Positions 31,757-42,018 of a DNA stretch of 64,000 nucleotides are shown here, piece after piece. This stretch comes from an uncultured Gammaproteobacteria bacterium. GTDB taxonomy: Bacteria; Patescibacteriota; Microgenomatia; UBA8517. The stretch is from the NCBI GenBank assembly GCA_964494885.1, contig CAZBTH010000002.1, positions 29,271 to 93,270 of the forward strand, given 5' to 3'. The translations under genes and the position numbers were made by a program. The stretch's first letter is position 1; each line of letters begins with the position of its first letter. The notes under the pieces are model-generated. The model was not told the origin of the DNA. It did no database searches and saw only the letters and a list, made by a program, of their open reading frames with translations.

Positions 31757-32326
31757 CTAGATAATATATTTCCTTATTTCTCCTGGTTCCAAGCGCGAAG
31801 GTGAGTCTGAATAGAAATTTTCATCGTCTATTTCTTTTTCAAGCAGAGCCAGTTCAAGACATCTGAGAAAATTTTGATGACCACAAATAAGTATGTTTTT
31901 CTCAGACAAACTCTTGATTTTTTCTAAAACCAATTGAGCCCGTTTAAAGACATCGACAGTTGATTCTCCACCAGGCGGAACCCATTCGGTTTTTGTTTTA
32001 CCGCTCGCAGCCATAGACTCGGGAATTTTTCCATCACCTTGAATAGTATTAGTTAAATCGCCCAGTGAACGTTCAATTGATAATGGTTCTATTATGATAC
32101 TTGGCTGGATTTTGAGCGTATCCAAGTAAGGCTGAATCGATTGTCGAGTCCTTTTAAGAGGGCTTACAATAATCAAATCGTAATTATATTTAGAAAGTGT
32201 CGAAATTAACGACTTCGCATCACGAGCACCTTTTTCCGAAAGAGGTGTATCGGTTTGGGAACCATTTATACCAAGTTCGCTGTCTCTGGTTGAACAATGC
32301 CTTAGTAAAAACAGTGTTTTATTCAT
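31757..32326 (-). CDS. Histidine phosphatase (phosphoglycerate mutase family)
   Basis: LLRH, DTPLS, SPLKR, GES, CGH. Confidence 0.9.
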   Translation of the reverse strand: MNKTLFLLRHCSTRDSELGINGSQTDTPLSEKGARDAKSLISTLSKYNYDLIIVSPLKRTRQSIQPYLDTLKIQPSIIIEPLSIERSLGDLTNTIQGDGKIPESMAASGKTKTEWVPPGGESTVDVFKRAQLVLEKIKSLSEKNILICGHQNFLRCLELALLEKEIDDENFYSDSPSRLEPGEIRKYII

Positions 32327-32925
32327 TTTTTGGTCATTTCTTTTTGAAAATATTTTATTCGTTTTTTGTACAATCTTTCATATTCCGCCTTACCGTAATC
32401 AGAAATAGATTTTGAAAAGCGCAAAGTTTTACTTTTTTTCATAAATCTTTCTTCAGATTCTTTGTATTGAAATACGCCCATGACATCGATGTCCATTCCT
32501 CCTAAACTATCAGCTTCCATAAGTACTAATTCGTCAATCTCTTTTAAATTTTCCAACTTATCATGAACTGAGACTAAATGAGCTGCCCGTTCTTTCCGCG
32601 CCTCAGTCAAAAAATTAAAAAAATCATCTTTTAGGAGTTTTTGCAACTTTTGTAAACCAGCTAACATATGAGAATCCTTTTGAGCGCCTATGGTTGCCAA
32701 TCTAAGTGACTCCCCTCCTTTAAACATGTCTGTATATCCCCAATCGTGGGCATAACCGGCAATTAAAAGAACATCGAGATCCAGCTTCTCATTTGCCAAA
32801 CTTTTAACAATCTCCTTTAGATATTTAGCCACTAAAAGCGTATGTGGCTTATCGCCCAGCCGTCCCCTTTCAACGTCTGGAAAGATTTTTTCTTGCAGAA
32901 AGTCCTCAAGTTTTTTTGTATCCAT
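32323..32925 (-). CDS. HD-domain phosphohydrolase
   Basis: HT...AHDWG...H...HD...EAD. Confidence 0.8.
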   Translation of the reverse strand: MDTKKLEDFLQEKIFPDVERGRLGDKPHTLLVAKYLKEIVKSLANEKLDLDVLLIAGYAHDWGYTDMFKGGESLRLATIGAQKDSHMLAGLQKLQKLLKDDFFNFLTEARKERAAHLVSVHDKLENLKEIDELVLMEADSLGGMDIDVMGVFQYKESEERFMKKSKTLRFSKSISDYGKAEYERLYKKRIKYFQKEMTKK

Positions 32926-32951
32926 AAAAATGTGGCCGAGGAGGGGACATA

Positions 32952-33257
32952 TTAAATTTGCACTGCTTTGAAAACTTTTTCTTCCAATTTTTCGATCCTA
33001 TCCGTGTGATTCTTTGAATGAGCGGAAAGAAGGGTTTGTTCCTCATCAAATTTTTTAAATCCTTTTGCTAGACCATCGATGTGATTCATGACTTTGTTAT
33101 ATCTTTTTTCATTTCTTTTGTCGATTTCCTCAGCTTGTTTTTCTATTCGCTTGACATCCATTTTCACAAAGTCTAAGGAAACCTCCATCTTGTCAAACCT
33201 GGAATCAAATTTTTTAGATAGATCTTTAATCAATTTGATTGTCATATCGTCCGCCAT
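32952..33257 (-). CDS. Small coiled-coil protein
   Basis: Heptad-rich; ends RIEKLEEKV. Confidence 0.7.
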   Translation of the reverse strand: MADDMTIKLIKDLSKKFDSRFDKMEVSLDFVKMDVKRIEKQAEEIDKRNEKRYNKVMNHIDGLAKGFKKFDEEQTLLSAHSKNHTDRIEKLEEKVFKAVQI

Positions 33258-33310
33258 AGTTCAATTTAGTCCGTGATAAATGACCTGTCAAATGGTAAAA
33301 TAACGCTTAA

Positions 33311-33396
33311 GCCGAGGTGGCGGAATGGCAGACGCGCAGGTCTCAAAAACCTGTAGAGCCTTAAACTCTGTGAGGGTCCGACTCCCTCCCTCGGCA
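33311..33396 (+). tRNA. tRNA-Leu (CAA); CCA not encoded
   Basis: GCCGAGG/CCTCGGC acceptor stem, CAGGT-CTCAAAA-ACCTG anticodon arm, long variable arm, GAGGG-TCCGACT-CCCTC T arm. Confidence 0.93.
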
Positions 33397-33565
33397 CAAG
33401 TTGACACAATTTCATTTGGTATAACCAGCAATTTGCTTATTTAGACTTCGACCCATAGAATACTGGGCGCTCGTTTAAAAGTAGTATTTGTTCTATCCTC
33501 ATCTACGGATTTGGAATAATTAGTACGCGCTTTTCATCAACCAAAATCAAAAAGGAGAGATCGAA

Positions 33566-33772
33566 ATGAAACGAAAGACTATTCGTAATTTGGTTATCGT
33601 ATTGCTCATAAGCATATTGGTATCAAATATCATCCTAGGTATCGCAGCATTTGAACTTGGGATAACATTTCCAACTGGACCGGCAATTGGGGTTTATAAC
33701 ACCCTCGTCAGCCTAATGGACTTTGTAACGGTGATCCTGGCAATTTGGGTTTTTGTTAAAAGTGAGAGATGA
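33566..33772 (+). CDS. Small two-TM membrane protein
   Basis: AAGGAG SD; two hydrophobic helices. Confidence 0.7.
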   Translation: MKRKTIRNLVIVLLISILVSNIILGIAAFELGITFPTGPAIGVYNTLVSLMDFVTVILAIWVFVKSER

Positions 33773-33779
33773 ATTCGCA

Positions 33780-33827
33780 TGGGCGTGGCTATTTAGACAA
33801 TTTTTAAAAGCCACGCCCAGAACTTTT
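33780..33827. terminator. Terminator hairpin between convergent genes
   Basis: TGGGCGTGGCT...AGCCACGCCCA. Confidence 0.7.
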
Positions 33828-35154
33828 ATTGCTTGTGTTTTGCGTCTCTCCCGAAGAACTTGATCCTGTCTCCCCTGAAGTGAAGCGGAATGTTTTTTAA
33901 AGGTCCATTTCTGTGTTTGGCAATATCCAGCATCATGTTTTCCTGATTTTCATCATCTTCACGCCAAAGAAACATCACAACATCCGCATCCTGCTCTATA
34001 CTCCCCGACTCCCTAAGATCCGAAAGTTGGGGCTTCTTACCACCTCTGGTTTCGACGGCGCGGGAAAGCTGAGACAGTACCAAAACCGGAATTTTGAGTT
34101 CTCTAGCCAAGTTCTTCATTCCCTGGGAAATTTCCGAAACCTCCTGAACCCTGTTTTCCAAGTTGCGGGAACGGGCTAGCTGTAAGTAATCTACAACCAA
34201 AAAATCGAGGCCGTTTTCAACCTGAAGCCTACGGGCTTTTGTTCTCATCTCGAGCACCGAAAGCGCCGGAGTATCGTCAATAAATAGCGGGGCCTCTGCA
34301 AGCTCTCCCATGGCGTTACTTAGTTTCGTAAAATCATCTTCGGATAATTTTCCGGTTTTGAGCTTCCAAGCATCAATATCAGCCTGTGCTACTAGTAAAC
34401 GGTCAACAAGTTCCTCCTTGCTCATTTCAAGTGAGAAAAATCCCACCGGCCGTTTTAGATTAACGGCAATATGTTGGGCAATGTTCATCGCCAGCGATGT
34501 TTTTCCAACTCCGGGACGTGCAGCTAAAATCAGGAGGTTGCTTCTTTGCATTCCGGCTAAAGCATCGTCCAGATCTTTAAATCCTGTAGGAGTTCCCCTC
34601 ATCCCCTCTCCCTGTTTATGAAGTTCGTCGAGTCTGTCGAAACTTTCTGCCAATGTTTCCCGAACAGATGTAAACGCTTTGCTTAATGATTTTTGACTTA
34701 AAGAAAAAATTTCACTTTCAGCAGCGTCAAGCACTTCGCTGGCTCCTCGACTTTCATCCATCGAAATATCGACCAAACGACTTGCTGCCGCCATTAAAGC
34801 TCTTTTGGTAGCCGTATCCCTAACTATTCTGCCATAATGTTCAACATGCGCGGCCGTCGGAACTTTATTCGCAAGGTCAGCTAAAAAAGACGAACTCTCG
34901 CTGATTTTAAAGGTTTTTCTTTTTTTAAGTTTTTCCGTCACCGTCAAGACATCTATAGGCGTCCGTTCCTCATAAAGATCCAGACAAGCCTTATAAACTT
35001 CTTGTAAGCGTTCATCATAAAAATCTTCGGGATGTAGGAATTCGGCTACAGCAATAACTGCGTCTTTGTCTAAAAGCATTGCCCCCAAAACACTTTCTTC
35101 TGCTTCTTGTGAGTGTGGAGGAACACGAAGTGATTGTTTTTGTAAGTCTGCCAT
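33826..35154 (-). CDS. dnaB: Replicative DNA helicase
   Basis: PPHSQEAE, AARPGVGKT, FSLEM, VDYLQL, SDLRESGSIEQDAD. Confidence 0.97.
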   Translation of the reverse strand: MADLQKQSLRVPPHSQEAEESVLGAMLLDKDAVIAVAEFLHPEDFYDERLQEVYKACLDLYEERTPIDVLTVTEKLKKRKTFKISESSSFLADLANKVPTAAHVEHYGRIVRDTATKRALMAAASRLVDISMDESRGASEVLDAAESEIFSLSQKSLSKAFTSVRETLAESFDRLDELHKQGEGMRGTPTGFKDLDDALAGMQRSNLLILAARPGVGKTSLAMNIAQHIAVNLKRPVGFFSLEMSKEELVDRLLVAQADIDAWKLKTGKLSEDDFTKLSNAMGELAEAPLFIDDTPALSVLEMRTKARRLQVENGLDFLVVDYLQLARSRNLENRVQEVSEISQGMKNLARELKIPVLVLSQLSRAVETRGGKKPQLSDLRESGSIEQDADVVMFLWREDDENQENMMLDIAKHRNGPLKNIPLHFRGDRIKFFGRDAKHKQ

Positions 35155-35231
35155 AATAACCAGCTTGTACTGATGATAATGGCAGGAGTAAACGATCAAG
35201 AAATTAGACACTAGAAACCAGCTACTAGTTA

Positions 35232-35915
35232 CTAATGCCTAGTATCTAGTACTATTATTTTAGTATTCTGATCTTCCAAAATATCTTCCTTTTTAATTGA
35301 AAACTTTTGCGAATTCTCAGTGGGAAGACCGGACTCCTTCAAAAAATCCTCGACAGGTAAAAGTTTAGAAAAAGAAGCCGAGTTCAAACCGCTTGCCTGA
35401 TAATGCATTGGTATTACAAAAAAAGGTTCGATTTTATTAACAGTTTCACTCGCCTCTTTTGGCCCAATCGTAAATTCACCGCCAACAGGAACCATAAGAA
35501 CATCAACGTCCCCCATCTCATTGATCAGGTCTTCACTAAGAGTGTGTCCCAAATCTCCCAAATGAACCAAACGAAGCCCCTCCGCCTCATAGACATAAAT
35601 TGTATTCTTGCCTCTTTCGTCGCCTGTCTTTGAGTCGTGGAAACTTGGATAGCCAACGATTGAAACACCTTGTATTTCATACTCCCCTGGTCCGGTAACA
35701 ACCTTCTTCGCCCCGGAAACTAAATTTGCCGCATTGTGATCGTTGTGATCGTGTGAAACAGTAACAATATCACCATCTATTCCGGAATATTTAAGCCCGA
35801 CCATTTTGGGATCAAACGGATCGGTGATCACGGTAGTTTTTGTTTTTATGCCAGCAGGCGAGGAACCGAAGGTGACTATTCTAAAGGATGAATGTCCTAA
35901 ATAAGTAATGTCCAT
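35232..35915 (-). CDS. Metallo-beta-lactamase-fold hydrolase
   Basis: LGHSSF, TDP, SHDHNDH, HLGDLG, IPMHY. Confidence 0.92.
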   Translation of the reverse strand: MDITYLGHSSFRIVTFGSSPAGIKTKTTVITDPFDPKMVGLKYSGIDGDIVTVSHDHNDHNAANLVSGAKKVVTGPGEYEIQGVSIVGYPSFHDSKTGDERGKNTIYVYEAEGLRLVHLGDLGHTLSEDLINEMGDVDVLMVPVGGEFTIGPKEASETVNKIEPFFVIPMHYQASGLNSASFSKLLPVEDFLKESGLPTENSQKFSIKKEDILEDQNTKIIVLDTRH

Positions 35916-35969
35916 ATACGCACTCTAACAAATTGACAAAATTTTGGCAATACCGTATATTGACGGCTG

Positions 35970-36980
35970 ATGCGAAAAGAGTTAATTTGGGCGGCAGGAA
36001 TAGGAATTACATTCGGGCTAATCATAGCCTTCGGTGTTTGGCGCATAAATTCATCAATAAAACCAAAAGAGATAAGTGTCACGCAAACTCCAAGACCCCA
36101 AGTTAATACCGAATTTAAAATAACCCTCGATAAACCCGAACAAAATGATGTTGTCACACAAGATTCCGTTACCGTCTCGGGAATTACCAAACCTCTTACA
36201 TGGGTTACATTTTCAGGCGAAAATAGTGACTATATAATTGAATCCGGCACAGACGGGGTTTTTGTCCAAGACGTCAGACTAATTCCCGGGGTCAATCAAA
36301 TAAAAATAACAGCGTTCGACACTGAAGGAAATAGAAGCATTGAAAAAGTAGTTGTTGTCTATTCATCATCTTTCCAGGTTAACTCATCTTCACCAACCAC
36401 GACAGAAGATTCTTCAGAATCATCTGATGTTAGAACCAGAGTACAAGAAAAGGTACGCGAGGCCTTAAATAAACCAAAAGCTTATCTGGGAACGGTAACA
36501 GACATCGCCGATTCAACCATTCAGATAAAGACTTCGGAAAGTCAGATAAAGCAAATCTCAACAGACATCATCGCTACAACAGTCGTTAAAACCGGAACCG
36601 TCAATAAAACCGTAAAACTGGCAGACATTGCAATTGGTGATTTCATAGTAGCCATGGGCTATGTAAACAGCAGCTCGGTTCTTTCTGCGCAGAGAATTCT
36701 TATCTCCTCCCCCGTCACCGAACCTAAAGTTGAGGCCGTACTGGCCAAAGTCACTACCGTGTCCAAAAAAGTAATAATGGCAGAAGACCCTAAAGATGGC
36801 CAAAGTACAACTATCACCCCAAGCACAAAAACAAATATTGAAACGTACGATAAAGGTAAGCTGACAAGCATAAAAATCGCAGGCATCGCTCAGGGTGATT
36901 TGATAATTTACATAACCGATTCAAGCACGGAAACGCCTACCATCCGCTCCATATTTGTGATTCAACAGCCTCAAAGCTAG
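35970..36980 (+). CDS. Membrane-anchored protein with Ig-like and OB-like domains
   Basis: N-terminal TM; V.L.PG.N.I.ITA.D..GN Ig-like segment. Confidence 0.7.
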   Translation: MRKELIWAAGIGITFGLIIAFGVWRINSSIKPKEISVTQTPRPQVNTEFKITLDKPEQNDVVTQDSVTVSGITKPLTWVTFSGENSDYIIESGTDGVFVQDVRLIPGVNQIKITAFDTEGNRSIEKVVVVYSSSFQVNSSSPTTTEDSSESSDVRTRVQEKVREALNKPKAYLGTVTDIADSTIQIKTSESQIKQISTDIIATTVVKTGTVNKTVKLADIAIGDFIVAMGYVNSSSVLSAQRILISSPVTEPKVEAVLAKVTTVSKKVIMAEDPKDGQSTTITPSTKTNIETYDKGKLTSIKIAGIAQGDLIIYITDSSTETPTIRSIFVIQQPQS

Positions 36981-37019
36981 TTGACAGGGTGCGACCCTGT
37001 CTGTCTTATCTTATAATAC

Positions 37020-37048
37020 TTGACAAGCGCTAAAAGGTGTGATATCAT
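37020..37048 (+). promoter_or_regulatory. Sigma70 promoter
   Basis: TTGACA-17nt-TATCAT with extended TG. Confidence 0.75.
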
Positions 37049-37054
37049 TCCCAA

Positions 37055-37610
37055 GTTGGATTTAATCCAGCACTCGCACATTTAATATCAGTTCGCAAGG
37101 CGCTTACGGGCCGCAACTTGCCAACCATTTATTGGTTGGCAGCTTTCGGTTCGCAAGTGTCATGCGGGAACTCGGTTGAAAAACCCTGTTCAACGTGGGC
37201 GGTGCCTACGTTTCAAAACCGGCAATGCGCGTTGCCTCCTTGACAGATGTATCGCCCAGCGATCATCTTAAAGCAGCCTCAACATGAGGTTTGGCAATAG
37301 CTAGTCCGTGATGCAGATCATTGACCTTGAGTAGGCCACCTGTTGTCTATCCATTATTTTTTGGAGAAACAGACTCCGGCTTACTGGCTTTGATTTTGCA
37401 TTTTGACGCTTGCGAACCGTTTTTTTAATAATTTCTAGGGGAAAGGACTGGATTCCTCTCTCAGATGTGTTTTGACCAATTTGCGGTCATTGCTTTCTGA
37501 GCTCAAAGAATCCTATTTATCCCCCTTTTATCCGAGCCCAGTTTTGGACTGAAACAACAAACATTTTTTTATATTGTTGTTTCTTTTCAGACTGGGCTCG
37601 CTTACTTTTA
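37055..37610 (+). ncRNA. Putative large structured ncRNA of unknown class
   Basis: Strong promoter; no ORF of 60 aa or more; several long helices (see findings). Confidence 0.55.
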
Positions 37611-37676
37611 GAGCCTAAATTTATCAAATAAATCCTTATTTGTTCTACTGTTCTAGAACAATAGAACACTTCAAAT

Positions 37677-37706
37677 TTGACATAAAGATCAATGTTGTTA
37701 TATACT
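37677..37706 (+). promoter_or_regulatory. Sigma70 promoter of the T-box leader
   Basis: TTGACA-18nt-TATACT. Confidence 0.6.
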
Positions 37707-37714
37707 TCCCACAG

Positions 37715-38044
37715 TTAAATAAATCCGTTTGCATTGGAGTCACGATCCAAAATCCTCCTTCGCTAAAGCTACGGAAGGAGAACGGAGCCTCACAAAATTG
37801 AGGACGCAGGTCGAAGCGTAAGCAAAGCTTGGCGAATCCAAGCCCCGCTAAAAAAGAAGACAACCATTGTCATCCTGAGCAAATCGAATGGATAGAGATG
37901 GACCAAGAGATCAGTTCGCGCAAGCGGATTGGTAACAAAGAATGGGACCGCGGAGGTCGGAAGACCCTCGTTTCTTAAGCGAAGTTTAATGCTGAATTTA
38001 TTTCAGCATCTAAGGTACTTGGCTTGATGAACGAGGGTTTTTTG
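37715..38044 (+). promoter_or_regulatory. T-box riboswitch (probably His-specific)
   Basis: Stem III with GCAA loop; antiterminator AAGAA-TGGGACC-GCG...CGT-TTCTT; competing terminator ACCCTCGTT/AACGAGGGT + T-tract; hisS downstream. Confidence 0.8.
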
Positions 38045-38054
38045 GTGAAAAAAT

Positions 38055-39329
38055 ATGGAAAGCATCAATAGACAAAATGATTGGAAAAATGCAACCCCTT
38101 ACGGACGCGAAACCATCCAGGGGAGGTCGGAACGTGCATTGACACTTCCCCGCGAAGTTCTAGATCAATACAAAGAAACTGCCTCAGCCTTTGGTGCCTT
38201 TACCCAAACAGTTTTAGGAAACTGGGATTACATTTTAAAAGAAAGCCGTCTGGCTCAAATAATTTGGAGCAAATTTGGACCAGTTCAAAAAGCTTTATTC
38301 CGAAAGTCCTCAGAACAAATACTGGGCGGCATTCCGTATACGATCCGTTTTGACAGCACCCTAGGAGAAGACGGAAATGTAGCTATATTTGAACCTGAGA
38401 TTCAAAATTGCGGTGACGGTCCCTTGTTTCAAAAAATAAACGAATATGGCAGAGATTCAACCATTGGTAACACTGATTTGCTTCAGAAAATACAGGAGTA
38501 CCTTAAAGAAAAAGGTCCAATAGCTGTATCTAGATCCAGAGACAACATGACTTTCTATTGGCCTACAATTAAAACTTTGTCGCAAGCGATTAGAACATCC
38601 GGAATCGAAACAATTCCAGTGACGCTTGACGATCTGGAAATCTCTGAGAACGGAATTTTTTGGATCCCTGACGAAACATCTGAAAGTAAAGGTGAACTAT
38701 TAACCTCACCTACCTGGTACAAGATTAAAAGCGACCGTCTTAAAATACAGACCTTATATAACCAACTAGGCACAAAAGCAATATTTTTTCCCAACGACCA
38801 GGAGGTAGCTCTTTTTCAAACCTATCGCTTAAATAAAGTTGATATCTTTCCAACTCCAAATCCTCTAATCGCATCCAAAGCTATATTGGCTCTCATGTGG
38901 GATGAGCAAATCAGAGAAACTTTATTAAATATTGATACCAAATTAAATAAAGAAATACAGGCTTTAAGAACTTACGTTCCACCTTCGTTCATAGGAAAAT
39001 TGAATTGTCCCCCACCCAATCAAATCCTACCAGCCGTAATTAAACCGATTTTCGGCGCCAAGCAACAAGGAATCGAAATAATTGGTTTACCCAGACAACT
39101 TGAAAAAGTCAAACAAGATACAAACATGATTATCCAAAGGTGGGTCCAGCCTTATATTTGGAGATTCAAGATTGACGGAGAAGAGAAAAGATTCAAAACC
39201 AGACTCGAATCATTTTGCTGGATAGAAAACGGCCAAGGAATACCTGTAGATTTTCTCGCAACCGGATCAACTAGCGACATTGTTGGCGGTAACCGATATG
39301 GACCGATGACAACAGTATATTTTAAATAA
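38055..39329 (+). CDS. Divergent ATP-grasp ligase (glutathionylspermidine-synthase-like)
   Basis: IRFD...IFE, SKAILA, VIKPIFG....GIEI, IIQRWV. Confidence 0.65.
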   Translation: MESINRQNDWKNATPYGRETIQGRSERALTLPREVLDQYKETASAFGAFTQTVLGNWDYILKESRLAQIIWSKFGPVQKALFRKSSEQILGGIPYTIRFDSTLGEDGNVAIFEPEIQNCGDGPLFQKINEYGRDSTIGNTDLLQKIQEYLKEKGPIAVSRSRDNMTFYWPTIKTLSQAIRTSGIETIPVTLDDLEISENGIFWIPDETSESKGELLTSPTWYKIKSDRLKIQTLYNQLGTKAIFFPNDQEVALFQTYRLNKVDIFPTPNPLIASKAILALMWDEQIRETLLNIDTKLNKEIQALRTYVPPSFIGKLNCPPPNQILPAVIKPIFGAKQQGIEIIGLPRQLEKVKQDTNMIIQRWVQPYIWRFKIDGEEKRFKTRLESFCWIENGQGIPVDFLATGSTSDIVGGNRYGPMTTVYFK

Positions 39330-39334
39330 TAAAA

Positions 39335-39622
39335 ATGGGAGAAAGAAAAAGCTGGTCAACTGAAAACTATTCGGAAATACTGCCATATCTGAATGGTCCA
39401 AAAAAAACGATAGCAACTGTAGAATTAACCAGATCCCACACAACCATCGTTTACTGGATTCCACCTGACGGTAGGAATGAAGTAAGAGAATGCGATGATT
39501 GCAAAGAACAAGCTGAGTATTTATATTTTGATCAGGATCACACAATGCGATATTATCTAAGACTTTTTTGCAAAGATCATGCGTCCTACCCACTCTCGAG
39601 ATGGTTAAATGAAGAAAGATAA
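39335..39622 (+). CDS. Small Zn-finger-like protein
   Basis: CDDC...FCKDH. Confidence 0.6.
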   Translation: MGERKSWSTENYSEILPYLNGPKKTIATVELTRSHTTIVYWIPPDGRNEVRECDDCKEQAEYLYFDQDHTMRYYLRLFCKDHASYPLSRWLNEER

Positions 39623-40733
39623 AATGAATACTATCGAAATTTTACAAAAACTAATATCTATCCCCTCTTGGGTTGACAACAAAACTAACGAACGGGAAAT
39701 TGGAGAGTGGATTTATAAGTTCCTGAAAACAAATTCAAATCTTGAAGTTTCCAAACAACCCGTCGGTCAGGGAAGATTCAATATAATAGCCCAAAAGGGC
39801 CGAGGGATCGATGTTTTAGTTACCGGACACATTGATACTGTTCAACCAAATTCTAACTGGACTGATAGTCCAACATCGGGAAAGATGATTAATGGCCAAA
39901 TCTTTGGGCGAGGCGCAAGTGATATGAAATGCGGAGTGGCTATTATGCTTTATCTTGCTACACTGCCCAAGTTGAAAGACCGTATTTCTTTTCTGTTTTA
40001 CTGTGATGAGGAATATGACTTTTTGGGAATGAAAGAGTTTGTGAAACTATACACACCTTCCAAGGTCGGACCTTTAAAGGTGAAGCCGAAACTAATTATT
40101 TCACTTGACGGAGAAGGTTTACAGATTGGCAATTCCTGTCGGGGACTAATTGAAATGAAAGTCGAAATCGAGGGCCAAGCTGGACACTCTGCTAATCCAA
40201 AATCTGGAATCAATGCTATCACCGAATCATTTAAGGTAATTGAGAGGTTGAAAAGATGGGTACTAAATTTTAAGAGTGAAGAGCTGGACACTTCAACCCT
40301 AAATATCGCCTATATAAATGGTGGTGGAGGTGAAGGAAACATCATTGCAGAAAAATGTGAGTATATCGTCGAAATTCGTGTAGCCAATGAAAAACTTAAC
40401 GCGAACCTAGCAAAGAAATTTATTACTGAAAATTCTAAAAAATTAGGATTGGAAATCAAGGATATAAAAATTAGACATGATTTGGGAAGTTGGATAACAC
40501 CAAAGAAAGAGTTAAAAAATATTATTTCACTTGCACCAAAGAAAAAACTTAGAAGTGCGAAGAAAAGTGGATATATTGATATTCAAATGCTTTGGAAAGC
40601 TTTTGACAAAGTTCCGACTTTTAGTCTTGGTGCCGGTGAACCCGGGCAATCGCACAAAGCAAATGAGTACGTAAAAATTTCAAAGGTGATGAAAGTTCAA
40701 AAATTTTTCGAAGCTATTCTGGCAAATAAATAA
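39609..40733 (+). CDS. M20 family peptidase/deacylase (ArgE/DapE-like)
   Basis: GHIDTV, GRGASDMK, DEE, G..GHSA.P..G.NAI, SHKANE. Confidence 0.92.
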   Translation: MKKDKMNTIEILQKLISIPSWVDNKTNEREIGEWIYKFLKTNSNLEVSKQPVGQGRFNIIAQKGRGIDVLVTGHIDTVQPNSNWTDSPTSGKMINGQIFGRGASDMKCGVAIMLYLATLPKLKDRISFLFYCDEEYDFLGMKEFVKLYTPSKVGPLKVKPKLIISLDGEGLQIGNSCRGLIEMKVEIEGQAGHSANPKSGINAITESFKVIERLKRWVLNFKSEELDTSTLNIAYINGGGGEGNIIAEKCEYIVEIRVANEKLNANLAKKFITENSKKLGLEIKDIKIRHDLGSWITPKKELKNIISLAPKKKLRSAKKSGYIDIQMLWKAFDKVPTFSLGAGEPGQSHKANEYVKISKVMKVQKFFEAILANK

Positions 40734-41957
40734 ATGTTAAACTTTAAAGAGATGAATAAATTACAAACATTAAAAGGTTTTAGGGACTTTCTACCGAAAG
40801 ATGCCCTAAAACGAACGTGGGTTAGAAACAAGATGATTTCCGTTGCCGAAAGGTGGGGTTATGAACCGATCGAAACGCCCACACTTGAACCCTATTCCCT
40901 ATTCAAAGGAGAAATCGGGGAAGATGAAAAATTATTTTACAAATTTACCGATAATGGAGATCGTGAAGTTATGCTTAGGTACGACCAAACAGTCCCAACT
41001 TGCAGGTATGTTGCAGCTAACCAAAATTCGCTGACATTCCCTTTCAAGAGATATCAATGTCAATCGGTCTTTAGGGCAGAAAATACACAACGAGGACGAT
41101 ACCGCGAATTTACACAATTTGATTTGGACATTTTCGGAGTTGCCTCGGCGTCGGCTGATGCCGAGGTTATAGCTGAAAATTTGGATACATATTTAAACAT
41201 AGGATTTAAAAAACCCATTGTCGTCTTCAACAACAGGGATCTAATGAAAGATATTCCCTATGAAGCGATAGTGGCCATCGATAAACTTAAAAAAATTGGT
41301 GAACAAGGAGTAATTGAAGATATGATTAAGAAGAGAATATCAGAAAATCTGGCCAAGGAGTATTTCAAAAAAGTTCTAGAAATAAAACCCGACGAAACGG
41401 TCAAAACTATAATTTCCTATCTTGAAAAATCCGGATTCGGAAGTGAATATTATCGCTTTGAGCCCACACTCGCCAGATCCTTCTCCTACTCTCAGGGACC
41501 CATTTGGGAAATTGTTATTGAAGATTACGGCGCCGGTTCGGTTGGCGGCGGAGAACGTTATGATGGAATGATGAAACGCCTGACCGGCCTGGACATTCCG
41601 GCAACTGGGATTGCTTTTGGTTTTGACAGAACGGTGGAAGCAGCAGATCAATTAAATCTTATTCCTGTTGAACTTACTAAAACCAAAGCACTTGTTACAA
41701 TTTTTGCCCCGGACTTACTCGAAAACTCAATAAAAGTTGCCCGCGATTTAAGGGAAAACAAAATTAATACAGAACTTTATCCAAATGAAAATGCAAAACT
41801 TGATAAACAACTCAAATATGCCGACAAAAAAGGAATTCCCTATGTAGTGATAATCGGACCGGAGGAAGTTAAAGAAAATAAAGTAGTTCTTAAGAATCTC
41901 AAAACCAAAGAGCAAACAAAAACAACAACAGAGAATCTGATTTCATTGATTAAATAA
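40734..41957 (+). CDS. hisS: Histidine-tRNA ligase
   Basis: KGFRDF, LRYDQT, GRYREF.Q.D.D, GGGERYD, G.AFG.DR, KQLKYADK. Confidence 0.95.
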   Translation: MLNFKEMNKLQTLKGFRDFLPKDALKRTWVRNKMISVAERWGYEPIETPTLEPYSLFKGEIGEDEKLFYKFTDNGDREVMLRYDQTVPTCRYVAANQNSLTFPFKRYQCQSVFRAENTQRGRYREFTQFDLDIFGVASASADAEVIAENLDTYLNIGFKKPIVVFNNRDLMKDIPYEAIVAIDKLKKIGEQGVIEDMIKKRISENLAKEYFKKVLEIKPDETVKTIISYLEKSGFGSEYYRFEPTLARSFSYSQGPIWEIVIEDYGAGSVGGGERYDGMMKRLTGLDIPATGIAFGFDRTVEAADQLNLIPVELTKTKALVTIFAPDLLENSIKVARDLRENKINTELYPNENAKLDKQLKYADKKGIPYVVIIGPEEVKENKVVLKNLKTKEQTKTTTENLISLIK

Positions 41958-42018
41958 CAGTCTTCGTCCATAACATTACCCAATTGTAAATTGTAAATTG
42001 ATAATTGATAATTAGTTT

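Noticed and set aside
37367-37387. AAACAGACTCCGGCTTA resembles the RNase P RNA 3' conserved region
   Set aside because: No GAGGAAAGTCC partner upstream; the segment pairs locally with AGTAGGCC (about 37330-37337)
37645-37863. 72-aa minus-strand ORF
   Set aside because: Antisense to the T-box leader and made of REP-like hairpins
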